Part shown: positions 11,683 to 22,791 of the stretch, piece after piece
Numbering within the stretch: position 1 is the first letter of the stretch
Layout of the letters: the number at the start of each line of letters is the position of its first letter
Source: Naegleria gruberi
Taxonomy: Eukaryota
DNA length: 64,000 nucleotides
Direction: 5' to 3' (one strand)
Assembly: GCA_000004985.1 (NCBI GenBank)
Contig: GG738887.1
The notes under the pieces: model-generated
Database searches by the model: none
What the model saw: only the letters and a program-made list of their open reading frames with translations
Told to the model about the DNA's origin: nothing
Position numbers and translations under genes: made by a program

Positions 11683-12087
11683 TTTCAGAAAATTATTAAA
11701 TTAATGTAAATTCAGACAATGGAGGGAATATTTAACTTGGTTGCCTTTTATAAAAAGCGAGCCTCTCTTGAAATAAACTCTCCTCTGAAATATCAGAATT
11801 ATTCAGATCAAAAACATTCATTTTGTCCATTCCACATTGTTTGAAATACACTCGAAATTCCACTTCCAATTTTTCTTACTAGATTATTCATACCAATCTG
11901 ATCGAGTGAAATATAGAGTGATTCATCGACATGGCTTACAGAAGGATCTGTCAATTTGGTTGAGTCAATTTCTAATAGTTTTTCACTCAATCCCTCAAAA
12001 TATCATTCCACTCGAACAGTGGTTGGAGAAGGGTTTTTCAATATTATGGTGGATAATTTCCATATTAGATGAATTGAGGTCTATGTT

Positions 12088-14340
12088 TTATAATTTCATT
12101 TCAAAAGGAGAGGTTGTTGGATAGGCTACTCCAATATTATTAGGAGTGGTTCTCGAGTTGTATAATAAAATATTCATTTCTTCCCTGCTTGAGAGAAGAA
12201 GTGACTTGATTTCTTCCAGCTCTTGCCTGATAAAGCCAGATTGTCTTTGGTGTTCCTCATTTATGTGTGCAGAGGCTGTTGCAGCAGAACCTTTGTATTT
12301 GGAGGAGAACGTCTCTTTGAATCGCTGGTATTTTTGATTGGATTGATAATTTTTTTCATCAAGATATCTAGTATCAGGAATGTAAGGTTTAAAGTTGATT
12401 TTTTCCTTGATGCTTGGCCTTTCAGTTTCGGTTGACTTTGCGATGAACAATGGTTTGGAAGATGCCTCTGTTTGTGTTTTTGATGAATAACTGGTAGTAG
12501 AGTTGGAGGAAGTTGGGGGTGTTCTTGAAATATTGGATGGTGGTGGAATGTTTGATCTTGGAAATGATGAAAAGGAAGAAAGAGGTCGTTGAGGAAAAGC
12601 TTGAGCATATGGATTTCTAAAGTACGCAAGAGGTGGTGGATAATAAGGAACAAAGTTGGGAGAGTAAAAGTTACAATTACAATGATCACAACACAAGTTG
12701 CTGTGAGCTTGTGGAGGAATATTTCCATTATTGGTGCCCTGATAATTGGTGTTGAAAACTTGGGAATGGTAAGCTGTTTGAGTTGCATATGTTCTCGAAT
12801 CTTTTGTGAGATCATCAGTCCCAATAGATATACTCTGGACATCCTTTGGCAGAGGAGGTTTTTCTCTCTCAATAGTAATTATTCTATTCGATTCCCTATT
12901 ATCTTTGGAAGGAAGATCCAATTCAGTTTCGTGAACAATTTCTATTTTTCTTTCTGTTCTAATTGGAATCTCGATAACTCTTTCCATATTTCGTTCAACT
13001 ATTGGTTCCGATATCATCTGCTCTGCTTTCTTAATGATAGGTTTTGGCTCTTTTTCAGGAATTATTGTCTCTTTCGAGATCTCTTTTTGTTTAGGCAATG
13101 GCTCTTCCTCAACTTGTTTTGAGCTTGTTGTTGGAGATGGTGTTCTTGAAGCAGGTATAACAGTCTCTGCGTTTTGTGGCTTTTGCAAAGATACGACTTT
13201 AACTGGTTCCTTTTCCACTTGCTTTTGAACTGCAACTTGTTCTGATTTCTTCGGTTCTGGCTTTTTAATTGGTTTTTCTGGTTCAGGTTTCTTAATAGGC
13301 TCTGCGGCTGGTTTTGGTTTTGAGGTAGTTGGAATGGTTATTGGTTTTTGTGGTTCCTTCTTTGGAGGAGGCTTCACCTCCTCTTCTTCATCATCAAAGT
13401 CATCGAAACTGTCATTGCTGTTATCTAAAAAGTTATCTTCAAACGATTCATTATCATCAAAATCACTGAATTCATCCTCGTCCTTCTTGTGTGTATGGGA
13501 GGGTTTGTGGTGATGATCCTCATCGTCCTCAATCTCCTCTTCAAAATCATCAAATGAACTTTCCTGTGTAGAGTTGTGACCATTATCGTTTTCTTCAATT
13601 ATTTCCTCATCTCCAAAATCTGAAAAGTCATCCTCACTAAAATTTTCTTCCTCACTCATTACAAAATCCTCTTGAACAACTCGAGCAGGTTCTCTGTAGA
13701 GTGGTTTTGGTTTTACTGGCTCTGGTTTTTTAATTGGTTGTTGAGCTACAGCTGGTGACTTAGCATGTGTGCCAACGGGATTTGGAGAGGGTGTCTTCTT
13801 GGGCTGTTCTTTGACTGGTGGTTGCTTTTTCACCACAACTACAGAAGGGGAAGGATCTTCTCCTCCCTCCTCATCTGAAAAATCAGAAAACTCATCAAGT
13901 GTCTTTACATTAAACGAATCATTCTCACTGGATGAAGCATACTCGGTCTCTATAACTTGTTTCTTATTTACATTTGTTGGCTTAGTGTTTTTTTGATGAT
14001 TATTATTTGAAATTGTCGGTTTGTTAGTAACAACTGGTTTCGGAAGTTCGTCCTCATCCTCATCATAATTTAATTTTACAGATTTTTGTGATCGTTGAGA
14101 GCTAGAAAGAGTTGGTGAAGGATTGGTTGGAGTAGGTGTTCGTGAAGCAATTCCAAACATTGAATTTACTTTCTGAAACATGTTTCCGAAGTTTGATGTT
14201 GAAGAGCCGTGAGAGGCATGCGATCCATTCGAAGACGAAGAATGTGATCGTCTCATCATTGCATACGGATCATTTCCAATAATCGAACCAGATGAGTAGG
14301 CATCAAATGAGGCTGCAACTGGTTGAGGCTTTTTTTTCAT
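12088..14340 (-). CDS. Acidic, Pro/Lys/Glu-rich low-complexity protein (750 aa).
   Basis: Long ORF with KPEPxKP and PIKKPEP repeats, D/E/S-rich acidic blocks (DDFDDEEEE) and a Cys-rich C-terminus (CCDHCNCN). Antisense ORFs in the same region are composition artefacts. Confidence 0.45.
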   Translation of the reverse strand: MKKKPQPVAASFDAYSSGSIIGNDPYAMMRRSHSSSSNGSHASHGSSTSNFGNMFQKVNSMFGIASRTPTPTNPSPTLSSSQRSQKSVKLNYDEDEDELPKPVVTNKPTISNNNHQKNTKPTNVNKKQVIETEYASSSENDSFNVKTLDEFSDFSDEEGGEDPSPSVVVVKKQPPVKEQPKKTPSPNPVGTHAKSPAVAQQPIKKPEPVKPKPLYREPARVVQEDFVMSEEENFSEDDFSDFGDEEIIEENDNGHNSTQESSFDDFEEEIEDDEDHHHKPSHTHKKDEDEFSDFDDNESFEDNFLDNSNDSFDDFDDEEEEVKPPPKKEPQKPITIPTTSKPKPAAEPIKKPEPEKPIKKPEPKKSEQVAVQKQVEKEPVKVVSLQKPQNAETVIPASRTPSPTTSSKQVEEEPLPKQKEISKETIIPEKEPKPIIKKAEQMISEPIVERNMERVIEIPIRTERKIEIVHETELDLPSKDNRESNRIITIEREKPPLPKDVQSISIGTDDLTKDSRTYATQTAYHSQVFNTNYQGTNNGNIPPQAHSNLCCDHCNCNFYSPNFVPYYPPPLAYFRNPYAQAFPQRPLSSFSSFPRSNIPPPSNISRTPPTSSNSTTSYSSKTQTEASSKPLFIAKSTETERPSIKEKINFKPYIPDTRYLDEKNYQSNQKYQRFKETFSSKYKGSAATASAHINEEHQRQSGFIRQELEEIKSLLLSSREEMNILLYNSRTTPNNIGVAYPTTSPFEMKL

Positions 14341-14404
14341 TTTTTTTTGGCGCCAAACACCTTACATTTCGATAACTTTTATAACTGTTTTATTGAGAGG
14401 GAAA

Positions 14405-15934
14405 TTATTTCTTATGTTTTCCAATGGAAAATACAGTGATAGATACAATAACAATGAGACATCCAATAATACTGACCAAGTTATCAATCCACTCACCAAG
14501 TATAACACTTGACAATAAGAGACCAATAACAATACGAATTGGAAATAGAATTCCATAACTGCCTCCACCAATTTCCTTTGCACAAATGACCTCACCTACT
14601 GCAGCAACCAATCGATTCATTACAATGAACCAAACAAAAAATACCCATCTGACCCAATCCCAATTTGCAAAAATATTCCAATCCTCCAAAATAAACATTG
14701 GGATAATTGGCCATAAAACCAAAAGATACTTTTGAATATAGAAAAGATCTTCTGGTGAAACTTCTGGAGGGACATACTCTTCCTGTTTGGCAGTAGTTGC
14801 TTCTGAACCTTGAAGGAGAGGTGTCTCAATGGAACCGTGTTCATATGATTCGTTTGAATGATTTGAGATATTGTCTCTATCATCGATTGGTTGAGTTTCT
14901 GGTTCCTCTTCATTATCGAAAATTCCACTATTAAGGGCAGCACTGGATTGAGTTTCAGCAATCATAATATGCTCACGTGCATTTGATTCTTCAGGTGAAA
15001 CAAATTGTCTTTCATCATTTTCATCGCCCTCCTTTTTCTCATTTGATAATCTGGTTGGGGACAATCTATTAACAGTATTCATCTTCATAGAGAAGAAGAA
15101 ACTAGAAATAAGGGCAATAATCATTCCGATAAAATCATTTGGCCAATTGAATCCAGAACCAATCTTTGACAAGTCTGGAAACCATTTCCAACTATATTGA
15201 ATTGGATTTCCATTTTCATCCTCAGTTGCTCTTGTTGTTGAAGCCAAAATAATAATTACAGCACCAGTTACAGTAAAAATACAAGATATTAAATCTAACC
15301 AAGAGAATTTCTCAGTCTGATATTGCATGTGTAAGAATTAACAAATTGCATGACAAATTCAAAAACATACCTTGAATATAAAAATACCCATAAAATAGAT
15401 AATGAAAGGAGAACTCAACAAAATCAATTGGGTATAAGTAGATGTGGTATAATAGGTGGCAATTTCTCTCAAACTCGAACCAGCAACAATTGATAATTGA
15501 TACAAACACATCATGGCAATGAATGATTTGTGCTTCCACAATAATCTGAAAAAACCACCTCCCTCATGTATAACTGTTCTTGCCCTACGAAAAACACTTG
15601 GCCTAGCATACTTGTACATCATTCTCGGAGTGTACAAAATCAAAGCACCAAGATTTGATAAACACAACAAGGTAAAAGGAGTAATTGAAAACTTTTTACC
15701 TCCATAGTGTTGTAAATATCTCGAAATCACTTGATTAGTTGCCATGATCAAGTGAACTAAAAGTGCCAATAGCCAAAAAAATAAAAACCAAAACGAATAT
15801 GTTCTGGTTGACCACCATGTTCCGGTCGGTGCTACTGCCTGCTTCTTCTCATCTAGAACATCATCGTGTGGCACAACAGTATGATGATCATCGTTAATTT
15901 GCTGATAATCTGTGGCAGCAGAGGTTCCTGTCAT
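14405..15934 (-). CDS. Drug/metabolite-transporter (DMT) superfamily membrane protein, SLC35F/EamA-like. Two exons, with the intron at 15317..15370.
   Basis: Exon 1 (15371..15934) and exon 2 (14405..15316) join in frame through a gtatgt...atatcag intron (…IFIFK|TEKFSWLDL…). About 10 hydrophobic helices sit in two halves separated by an acidic hydrophilic loop, which is the DMT duplicated topology. Family assignment is by topology and motif recall. Confidence 0.55.
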
Positions 15935-16167
15935 TTTCTTTTAATGTAATGTCTGACAATGTGCTGTTTTTGTTATGGCATTTGAAATGAAACAAAATAT
16001 TGGAAATTCCAAGACGGGAATTTTAAAGCGGGAATTTCCAAGTCTTATTTTCTGAAATTCCAGGAGTTCACGATAGTGGACAAGAAAGAAATAGGTATTA
16101 AGTGATTCGACATAAAATGATTGCAATAATGTCGTCCTACTATGTCTATTGAACAGATGAGGATGGA

Positions 16168-17517
16168 TTATTCACAAGGGCAAAGTCGTGCTTGCATAAA
16201 TTTCGAAGCATTACAATCGAATCGACTTCTTCTTGTTGAGATGAAACAGAATCCTTGGAAGGTATGTGGAGCTCTCGAAAGAATATACTTTTCTCTCTCA
16301 CATTTACATTTAGGATTATACTTGGCTAGCTCTCTACAATTATTGATGAATGGGAAATATTCAGCAGCACACCTTCTTCCATTTCTTGAGCAACAAGTGG
16401 TACAACTTTCACCTTGCTTACAATGAATAGCTTTGAAAGAGTGTAAGGCAGAGAGGGAAATGTTTGATGATGCTGGTGCGAAATGTTCCTCAATTATATC
16501 AAGTGCTGGTTCCGTCTTCATTTGTCTAACCTCATTTTCACATGGGCTAAACATGGAATGTGGACATTTATCCATCTCAAATGAAAACATGAGCTTGGAA
16601 TGAATTTGAGCTTCAAAACATTGGGGAAAGTCCAAATCGTTTTGAGTTCCAGGTCTGGTATTTCCAACTGAGGAAACTACTCCAATATGTTTCATTAATT
16701 GTAAACGATAGGTAAAGAATTTTCTCTCCTTGTAATAATTCTCTCCCATTTGATCGTGTTGATTCCAAAATTCCTCCAATAACCAATCAATAGGAGTAGC
16801 TCTTCCTGAATGTCTCTTTAAAAACTCAGTTGTGGCCAATAAATCTCTTCCTTTCAATATGACTCCATTCAAACCAAATGAAACTCTCACTCCAGCCCAT
16901 TTTCTCTTTTCCATTTCTGTCAAAATGTAGGAAAGGTGATAGGCAGAATTGGGACAAAACACAAAATCATCCTCCATCAACATGACATAATCATTCAAAT
17001 ATTTCATCTTGACAAGATTAATAATTGAGTAAAAATCATTCAAATGTTGTTTCTTTTTCTGTGGTAGTAAAACACTTGTGAATACAGACTCAGTTTCCAT
17101 TTGATCGACAATTTCAATCCTACTCCTTCCATTCCTCAAACTTTCCAAACTTGGTCTATTATTCACACCCTTCACATTCAACAGTACAATACATGGCTTG
17201 AAAAACTCTCCCTCCAAATCCAAAATACTATCCAATGTCTGTTTCAAATAGAGAAATGGACTTTTCAAGCTGGCTCTAGGAGCAGTCATGATGAGAAATC
17301 GCATCGAGCATTCATTCGTATTGGTTGATGAATGTTGTTGATTATTAATTGGTAGTGATGATGATGGTTGTGAAGTGGCAGATTTATTGCCACGAAAGGA
17401 GAAAAAGATGAGCAAGATGATGATTATTGCACAGACAATTAAAATAATTTTTCCTCTCATGGTTCGATAGAAACCTCCGAACTGTGACATGAATTGTGTT
17501 AATTGTTTGTTTAACAT
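16168..17517 (-). CDS. Type II membrane (Golgi-type) glycosyltransferase-like protein, possibly GT54 / MGAT4-like.
   Basis: Short cytoplasmic tail plus signal-anchor (IILIVCAIIIILLIFFSF) followed by a lumenal domain. RFLIMTAPRAS...YLKQTLDSIL and LMEDDFVFCPN resemble MGAT4 (GlcNAc-T IV) landmarks. The Cys-rich C-terminus is consistent with a lumenal protein. Family assignment is tentative. Confidence 0.4.
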   Translation of the reverse strand: MLNKQLTQFMSQFGGFYRTMRGKIILIVCAIIIILLIFFSFRGNKSATSQPSSSLPINNQQHSSTNTNECSMRFLIMTAPRASLKSPFLYLKQTLDSILDLEGEFFKPCIVLLNVKGVNNRPSLESLRNGRSRIEIVDQMETESVFTSVLLPQKKKQHLNDFYSIINLVKMKYLNDYVMLMEDDFVFCPNSAYHLSYILTEMEKRKWAGVRVSFGLNGVILKGRDLLATTEFLKRHSGRATPIDWLLEEFWNQHDQMGENYYKERKFFTYRLQLMKHIGVVSSVGNTRPGTQNDLDFPQCFEAQIHSKLMFSFEMDKCPHSMFSPCENEVRQMKTEPALDIIEEHFAPASSNISLSALHSFKAIHCKQGESCTTCCSRNGRRCAAEYFPFINNCRELAKYNPKCKCEREKYILSRAPHTFQGFCFISTRRSRFDCNASKFMQARLCPCE

Positions 17518-17764
17518 TTTTTTTAATTGTTGAATAAAAATAAATTTAATATTTTAATATTGAGTGTAATTTCAAAATATCTTTGGATAGAACGAATTCT
17601 AGAATGTCGATAGTAGAAAACAAACGAATGCTAATTCATGGATGCAATACTTGATATCCAATTTAATACATGAAATCAATTTTGTAAACTTTCAAAAGAG
17701 GTAATCATGTTAATCAGTAAACATTCTACATTTGAATCAGACCAAAAAAACTTTTTAAAAAACA

Positions 17765-18508
17765 ATGAATAGTCTTGGCACCACACCCTACATTTCCACA
17801 ACAGAGAGGGAAAACAAGGATGTTAACTATCAAAATCTCGAAACCAGTCAACCACAATCTATCGATTCAAGTCTTTACAATAGAGGAGATCAGGATGTAT
17901 TCTCATTGAGTCAGTTGAAACATGTTGCTCCTTCCTCAAACATTTCTGGAATGGCAGAACCAAGTCCCCTCACTAACAGTAGTCAATCAAGTGGTTTTTT
18001 CAATGGAGAAGAAACTAAACCACTGTTGTCTGACTATACCAAACCAGAGGCCGAACAAAAACCATTCCAATCTTCCACATTTGAATCTCCAACATCATTC
18101 AAGAGTGATCCTCCAGAAATCAAAGATGATAAAGGTGAAAGCACATCCAATTACTTGTCATCAAATCCTACCTTTGATAAGGTTGACATCACTCCACCCA
18201 AAATTTCTGAAGATACTGTTATTAGTTCTACCAATGACAAGAACAAGGACTATGGCACTAATATAGCCTCCTCATCTATTGCTTACAAACCAAGTACAAC
18301 ACCAAGCAAGGACACCTCACAAGTTGTTGCCACAGGAGAAGGAGCCACCAAAACTTTAAAGCAAGTAGGCCACATTATTCAAAGCCAAGCACAAACAATG
18401 GCTACTTCTATCAGAAACAATGTAAATAGTGATAATATTCTCAACATTCTTATTAATAGCTTCCTTGTAATTGTAATTGCTGTCTTGTTGTACTTTGGAA
18501 TATGGTGA
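17765..18508 (+). CDS. Ser/Thr-rich protein with a C-terminal transmembrane tail-anchor.
   Basis: 247-aa ORF with S/T/P-rich low complexity and a C-terminal hydrophobic segment ILINSFLVIVIAVLLYFGIW. Confidence 0.4.
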   Translation: MNSLGTTPYISTTERENKDVNYQNLETSQPQSIDSSLYNRGDQDVFSLSQLKHVAPSSNISGMAEPSPLTNSSQSSGFFNGEETKPLLSDYTKPEAEQKPFQSSTFESPTSFKSDPPEIKDDKGESTSNYLSSNPTFDKVDITPPKISEDTVISSTNDKNKDYGTNIASSSIAYKPSTTPSKDTSQVVATGEGATKTLKQVGHIIQSQAQTMATSIRNNVNSDNILNILINSFLVIVIAVLLYFGIW

Positions 18509-18530
18509 ATAAATATATTGTAATGATTAT

Positions 18531-18956
18531 TCAACATTCCAAATAATTGGTGGCAAGTATTAGTTCGATAACAATTTGTCTATGCTCTTCGTTTTCTGGA
18601 TTTAATTCCTTGAGTGGATTGAACTTGCCCATGAATTCTCCCTTGATCGATTTTTGTACCCTGTCGATAATAATATTATGATTATTTAAATAATTGTTTT
18701 AGTGATATAATAATTATTATTATTTAGTGATGAACAATACCTACAAGAATTGACAAATAATTTCCAAAACATCTGTAGAAATATCACTCAATCTAATACT
18801 ATTCGATGTCATGTAATCTCCCGATAAATATTGAAGTAAATATTTAGATTGGCTTGCAGCCTTCTTGGAAATTTTAAACTCGAAATTTTCAGCGCTGACC
18901 AGAGTGATGTACTCCTTGTCGGAGAAGTTATTGACTGAAGTTTCTTCTGCTTGCAT
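18531..18956 (-). CDS. ELOC: Elongin C (SKP1/BTB-fold, ELOC homologue). Two exons, with the intron at 18661..18744.
   Basis: Exon 1 gives …YITLVSAENFEFKISKKAASQSKYLLQYLSG…SIRLSDISTDVLEIICQF. After a gtaggt...cgacag intron, exon 2 gives LVQKSIKGEFMGKFNPLKELNPENEEHRQIVIELILATNYLEC*. Together these align position by position with the Elongin C pattern (ISSDGHEFIV…VLSKVCMYFTYKVRY…EIALELLMAANFLDC). Exon 2 is absent from the ORF track. Confidence 0.7.
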
Positions 18957-19135
18957 TTTAATTGAAATTTAATTTTTTAATTAATATTAATGTAATTTTT
19001 TCAGCTGCTAAAGAATAATATGAAGCCAACATTCTCAACCAATGATGTCTTCTCCAATAAATCAGTACTTTCATGGAGGTTGATTTGAACTAATATTAAT
19101 ATTCTCAAAATTAATATCACCATTAAGCTGATCAA

Positions 19136-22100
19136 GTGACCACTGTGATGACGAAGAATAAATATTTATTATTGTCTTACAAAAAAATGTACTCGCAAGG
19201 CTTTGGAGGAGGTGAGTTGAGAGAAAGGCAAAATATTGCTTCATCTTCATCAGGTATTGCTCCTCATCTTCAAAATAGTGGATTTGATGATGTAAATTTA
19301 TTTGATCATCGTACCAATGCCGGATCTAATTATTCAGCAACTTATCAACAAGATTATCAACAACAACAACAATATACTCAACAACAACAAATTCACACCT
19401 TTATGAATGAAAAGTTTCAAAACGGATCTTTCCTCTACAATAAGAGAATTGTTCCAATCTTGTTTTTAAGTATGATCCCTGTTTTTGCTTTGGCTGGTAA
19501 ATACAGTCTTTTCATTCTTACAATGGGCTTGATCGCCATGTATACCTTGGATTTCCTTGAACAAAAGGCTTATGCTTTCTTGATTTTCTGGGTTTCAATG
19601 TGTTTATTCTGGGCTAGTATTTATACCACAAGCATCTCTTTGCTTTTTGTATCTGTTTTCAACATATTTATATTACTTAATGGAAGTTTATTTGTTCTAG
19701 TTCTTGGTTTTTGGGCATCACTTCAATCGGAATGGTTCAAGACATTCTCCCATGATTTAGTTTTCCTTGCTGAAAGACTTGTCTTTGCTGGATTACCAAT
19801 TATTAGTATTCCTTTGGTTATTTCAATGGTGGTTGGTCTTGTTGGTATTGGTAATGCACCATTCTATTTGGTTGGCGTTTTGTGTGTCTATGTACACTTG
19901 TTTGGAAAGAGAGAAGTTTCATCTTTCTGCAAGACTAGATATATTCAAAATCCACTTGAATCAAGAATTTTGATTGCTTTACTTTTCCTTCTTCCTCCAA
20001 TTTTCCACGGTGTAGTCTATCATAATGTTATCTTTGATGATTTCTTAACAAGCACTTACTCTATGAACGCCTATGTTGCTCTTTCTGTGCTTTTTATTTC
20101 ATCTGATCCAGCTGCTTATTTATGGGCTTTCACTGATGCCTCTAATGAAATTTCTGTTACTCAAACAAAGAAGGGAATCAACTTGAAGACTGAAAGCCAA
20201 AACAGCTTTAGATATATTGTTCAACTCGTTTCAATTGTTTTGCTTAACATTTGGGTTGAATTTAAAGTTGTTTTACCTAGATATCACCACCTTATTCCAC
20301 TTTCCAGCCCATGGGACACTATCTTTGTTTTCCTTGTTTTGAACGGTTTGGCTAACTTTATTCTTTTATTGATCTATAACCAAAATTTTGTTGGTGGAAA
20401 TAATAATAGTAGTGTATCAAGAACAGCCCTTTCCCTTTTCATGATTGGATCTTCATTCTTTGGTGGTATTATTATTGGACTTCCATTTTATTTGATTCCT
20501 TTACCAGTTATTGGATTGTACTTTGCTGCTGGTTACTTGTTTACCAGAAAGTTGTACCAATATTTCATTTTCGTTGGATCAGTCTTTATTTGTGCTGTTT
20601 GGTTTGTTGTGCACCACTTCTGGTTCTTGAACTTTGAATTTATTTGTTCATTCTTGCCATTCGATTGGTCACTTAGAATGAGCCATGCTACTGTCTTGAT
20701 GGTTTTATTTGGAGCAGCATCCTTGCTTACAGTTCCATTCATTCTTCCAGACAAGTCTGATTCCAAGAATATTGGTTCAGGTACTAACAAGGTTGATTAC
20801 TCACTTTCTCGTAACATTGCCCTCGTTGTCCAAGTTTTATTGTTGGCTTTACTTGAACAATTACTCTATGAACAACCTGAAGGTTTCTACTCACCAACTC
20901 TTATCATGTTGACAACAGGTATTGGTATTGTTTTCTCAAAGAGACTTTATGAACTCAAACTTATTTCCATTGATGTGGTTTCATTCTTGGTTGCCCTTTA
21001 CATTTCAAAGATGGCCATCATGCTTACTCAAGATGGTGTTCATGGTACTTTCATCTCTGCATTCTTTACTACTGTTGCTATGACCAGAATTTACTTTGCC
21101 TCATTGACTGGTGATAGTGAAAAGATGTTTAAGGAATCTGCTGTTTGCAAATTCTACATTTTGGCTTGTGGTATCACATTGTATCTCACTCGTCACGTCT
21201 TGCTTAGAACCCTTGTTACAAGCTTTATTGATAGTAGATTCTATGATATGAATGAGGCTCACTTGTTTGGCTTCTTCTGTTTGGCTTGGGGTGTTGCTAT
21301 TTTGCCACTTTCTATTAACTTTATGAGACATAGCTCATTTGTTAAGCGTTTCACCGTTTTCCTCATCCTTATTGGTTTGGTTATTTCTATCCTCCAACCA
21401 AGTGTTGCTTTCTTCTCATTCAGTGACATTTCTAGTACATCTTTGACTGGAACTGCTGGTATTGCTGGTGACTTTGCTTCTCTTGGAAGTATCTCTGAGT
21501 CCATTTCCGATTATGTTCCATGGGTTGTTATCATTACTGTCATTATTTTGTTCAGTTTAGATATTATTTCACTTGGAGAAAAATCTAATCCAATGGTTAG
21601 AATTATTTTCTTTGCTTTGGTTGCTATTGGATTTTCTATTAGTTACTCTGGACTCTATCTCTATTATACTAGAATTTGGACACATGTCTTTGTTCTTATT
21701 ACATTGGTAATTGCATCCTTGGTAATTTATTCTACACATTTCCCAATCAATCACTCATACAAGGCATCATTGACTCTCTTTGCCATGTTTATTATTTCAC
21801 TCCCAATTACCTACTTGGCTATCACTATTGACGAAGAATCATTGAAGCAAAAGAACTCTTTCCTCAGTAAGGAAGGTCTTCATCCAAGCACATACACCTT
21901 TGTTATCAGTGAGCTCACAAAGAGCGCTAGAATTGCTGTTTTAGGTCTTCATTGTGCTTTGAGTGCTCTCATTGCTATTTTGATCAAATTCAAGCTTATT
22001 GGATATCCACTCATTAGAGTTAGAAAGTCCAACAAGGTATTGAATGTTGTCACTGAAGGTAATAACGAATTTGCTACTCAAACCATTGATCCATATCTTT

Positions 22101-22681
22101 CTGTTCCTGGTTCTGATGAATTATCAGTTGTTAACAATGGTGCTGCTGTAACCTGTTTTGTTTTGTGCATTACCCTCACAACTTGGTTGAACCCAGATAG
22201 ATATGAAGCTTACTTGCTCTTCTGTTGTATCTTCTTATTATTGAATAGAGATAGTTTATACTTGTCTGAATTCAAGGATAGTTTCAGATTCATCTTTGTC
22301 TTGTTGGCTATGGAAGTGTGTATGGCCATGTTCTTCATGATTGATACCATTCTCTTCTTTAGTACTTCTGCCACCTCAAGCACTATTACATTTGATACAA
22401 TGATTTCACAATACTCTCTCAAGTTCCTCCTTTTGATTCTTACTTTACCAAGTCACACCCTCTTTGTGAGATTCTTATTGAGATTGAACAAGCCAAACTT
22501 GAAGCCAATTTTGATTTCCCTTCCTTTCAGTATCTTGTCAGCTGTTTTGACAGTCATGTTTTCATTGTATTTGGATAGCTTCTATAGTTTAATTTATATT
22601 ACTATCAGTGCTGTTGGTGCCTCAATACTGCAAGCCATGATTTCAGCTCAATATGTCAGAGAACAAATTATCCTTCTTTAA
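19136..22681 (+). CDS. Large polytopic membrane protein (1181 aa, more than 20 predicted TM helices) with an N-terminal Q-rich cytosolic region.
   Basis: Single long ORF. Many hydrophobic 20-aa segments run throughout. I cannot place it in a family. Confidence 0.5.
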   Translation: MTTVMTKNKYLLLSYKKMYSQGFGGGELRERQNIASSSSGIAPHLQNSGFDDVNLFDHRTNAGSNYSATYQQDYQQQQQYTQQQQIHTFMNEKFQNGSFLYNKRIVPILFLSMIPVFALAGKYSLFILTMGLIAMYTLDFLEQKAYAFLIFWVSMCLFWASIYTTSISLLFVSVFNIFILLNGSLFVLVLGFWASLQSEWFKTFSHDLVFLAERLVFAGLPIISIPLVISMVVGLVGIGNAPFYLVGVLCVYVHLFGKREVSSFCKTRYIQNPLESRILIALLFLLPPIFHGVVYHNVIFDDFLTSTYSMNAYVALSVLFISSDPAAYLWAFTDASNEISVTQTKKGINLKTESQNSFRYIVQLVSIVLLNIWVEFKVVLPRYHHLIPLSSPWDTIFVFLVLNGLANFILLLIYNQNFVGGNNNSSVSRTALSLFMIGSSFFGGIIIGLPFYLIPLPVIGLYFAAGYLFTRKLYQYFIFVGSVFICAVWFVVHHFWFLNFEFICSFLPFDWSLRMSHATVLMVLFGAASLLTVPFILPDKSDSKNIGSGTNKVDYSLSRNIALVVQVLLLALLEQLLYEQPEGFYSPTLIMLTTGIGIVFSKRLYELKLISIDVVSFLVALYISKMAIMLTQDGVHGTFISAFFTTVAMTRIYFASLTGDSEKMFKESAVCKFYILACGITLYLTRHVLLRTLVTSFIDSRFYDMNEAHLFGFFCLAWGVAILPLSINFMRHSSFVKRFTVFLILIGLVISILQPSVAFFSFSDISSTSLTGTAGIAGDFASLGSISESISDYVPWVVIITVIILFSLDIISLGEKSNPMVRIIFFALVAIGFSISYSGLYLYYTRIWTHVFVLITLVIASLVIYSTHFPINHSYKASLTLFAMFIISLPITYLAITIDEESLKQKNSFLSKEGLHPSTYTFVISELTKSARIAVLGLHCALSALIAILIKFKLIGYPLIRVRKSNKVLNVVTEGNNEFATQTIDPYLSVPGSDELSVVNNGAAVTCFVLCITLTTWLNPDRYEAYLLFCCIFLLLNRDSLYLSEFKDSFRFIFVLLAMEVCMAMFFMIDTILFFSTSATSSTITFDTMISQYSLKFLLLILTLPSHTLFVRFLLRLNKPNLKPILISLPFSILSAVLTVMFSLYLDSFYSLIYITISAVGASILQAMISAQYVREQIILL

Positions 22682-22791
22682 TTGTATTTCAATATAAAAA
22701 ATTATTATTAAATTATTTCAATCAAAATCTTCTTCTTATCAACTTGATATTTCCAAATTGATTAATTTGACTGAAAATCAAATATTAAAAA

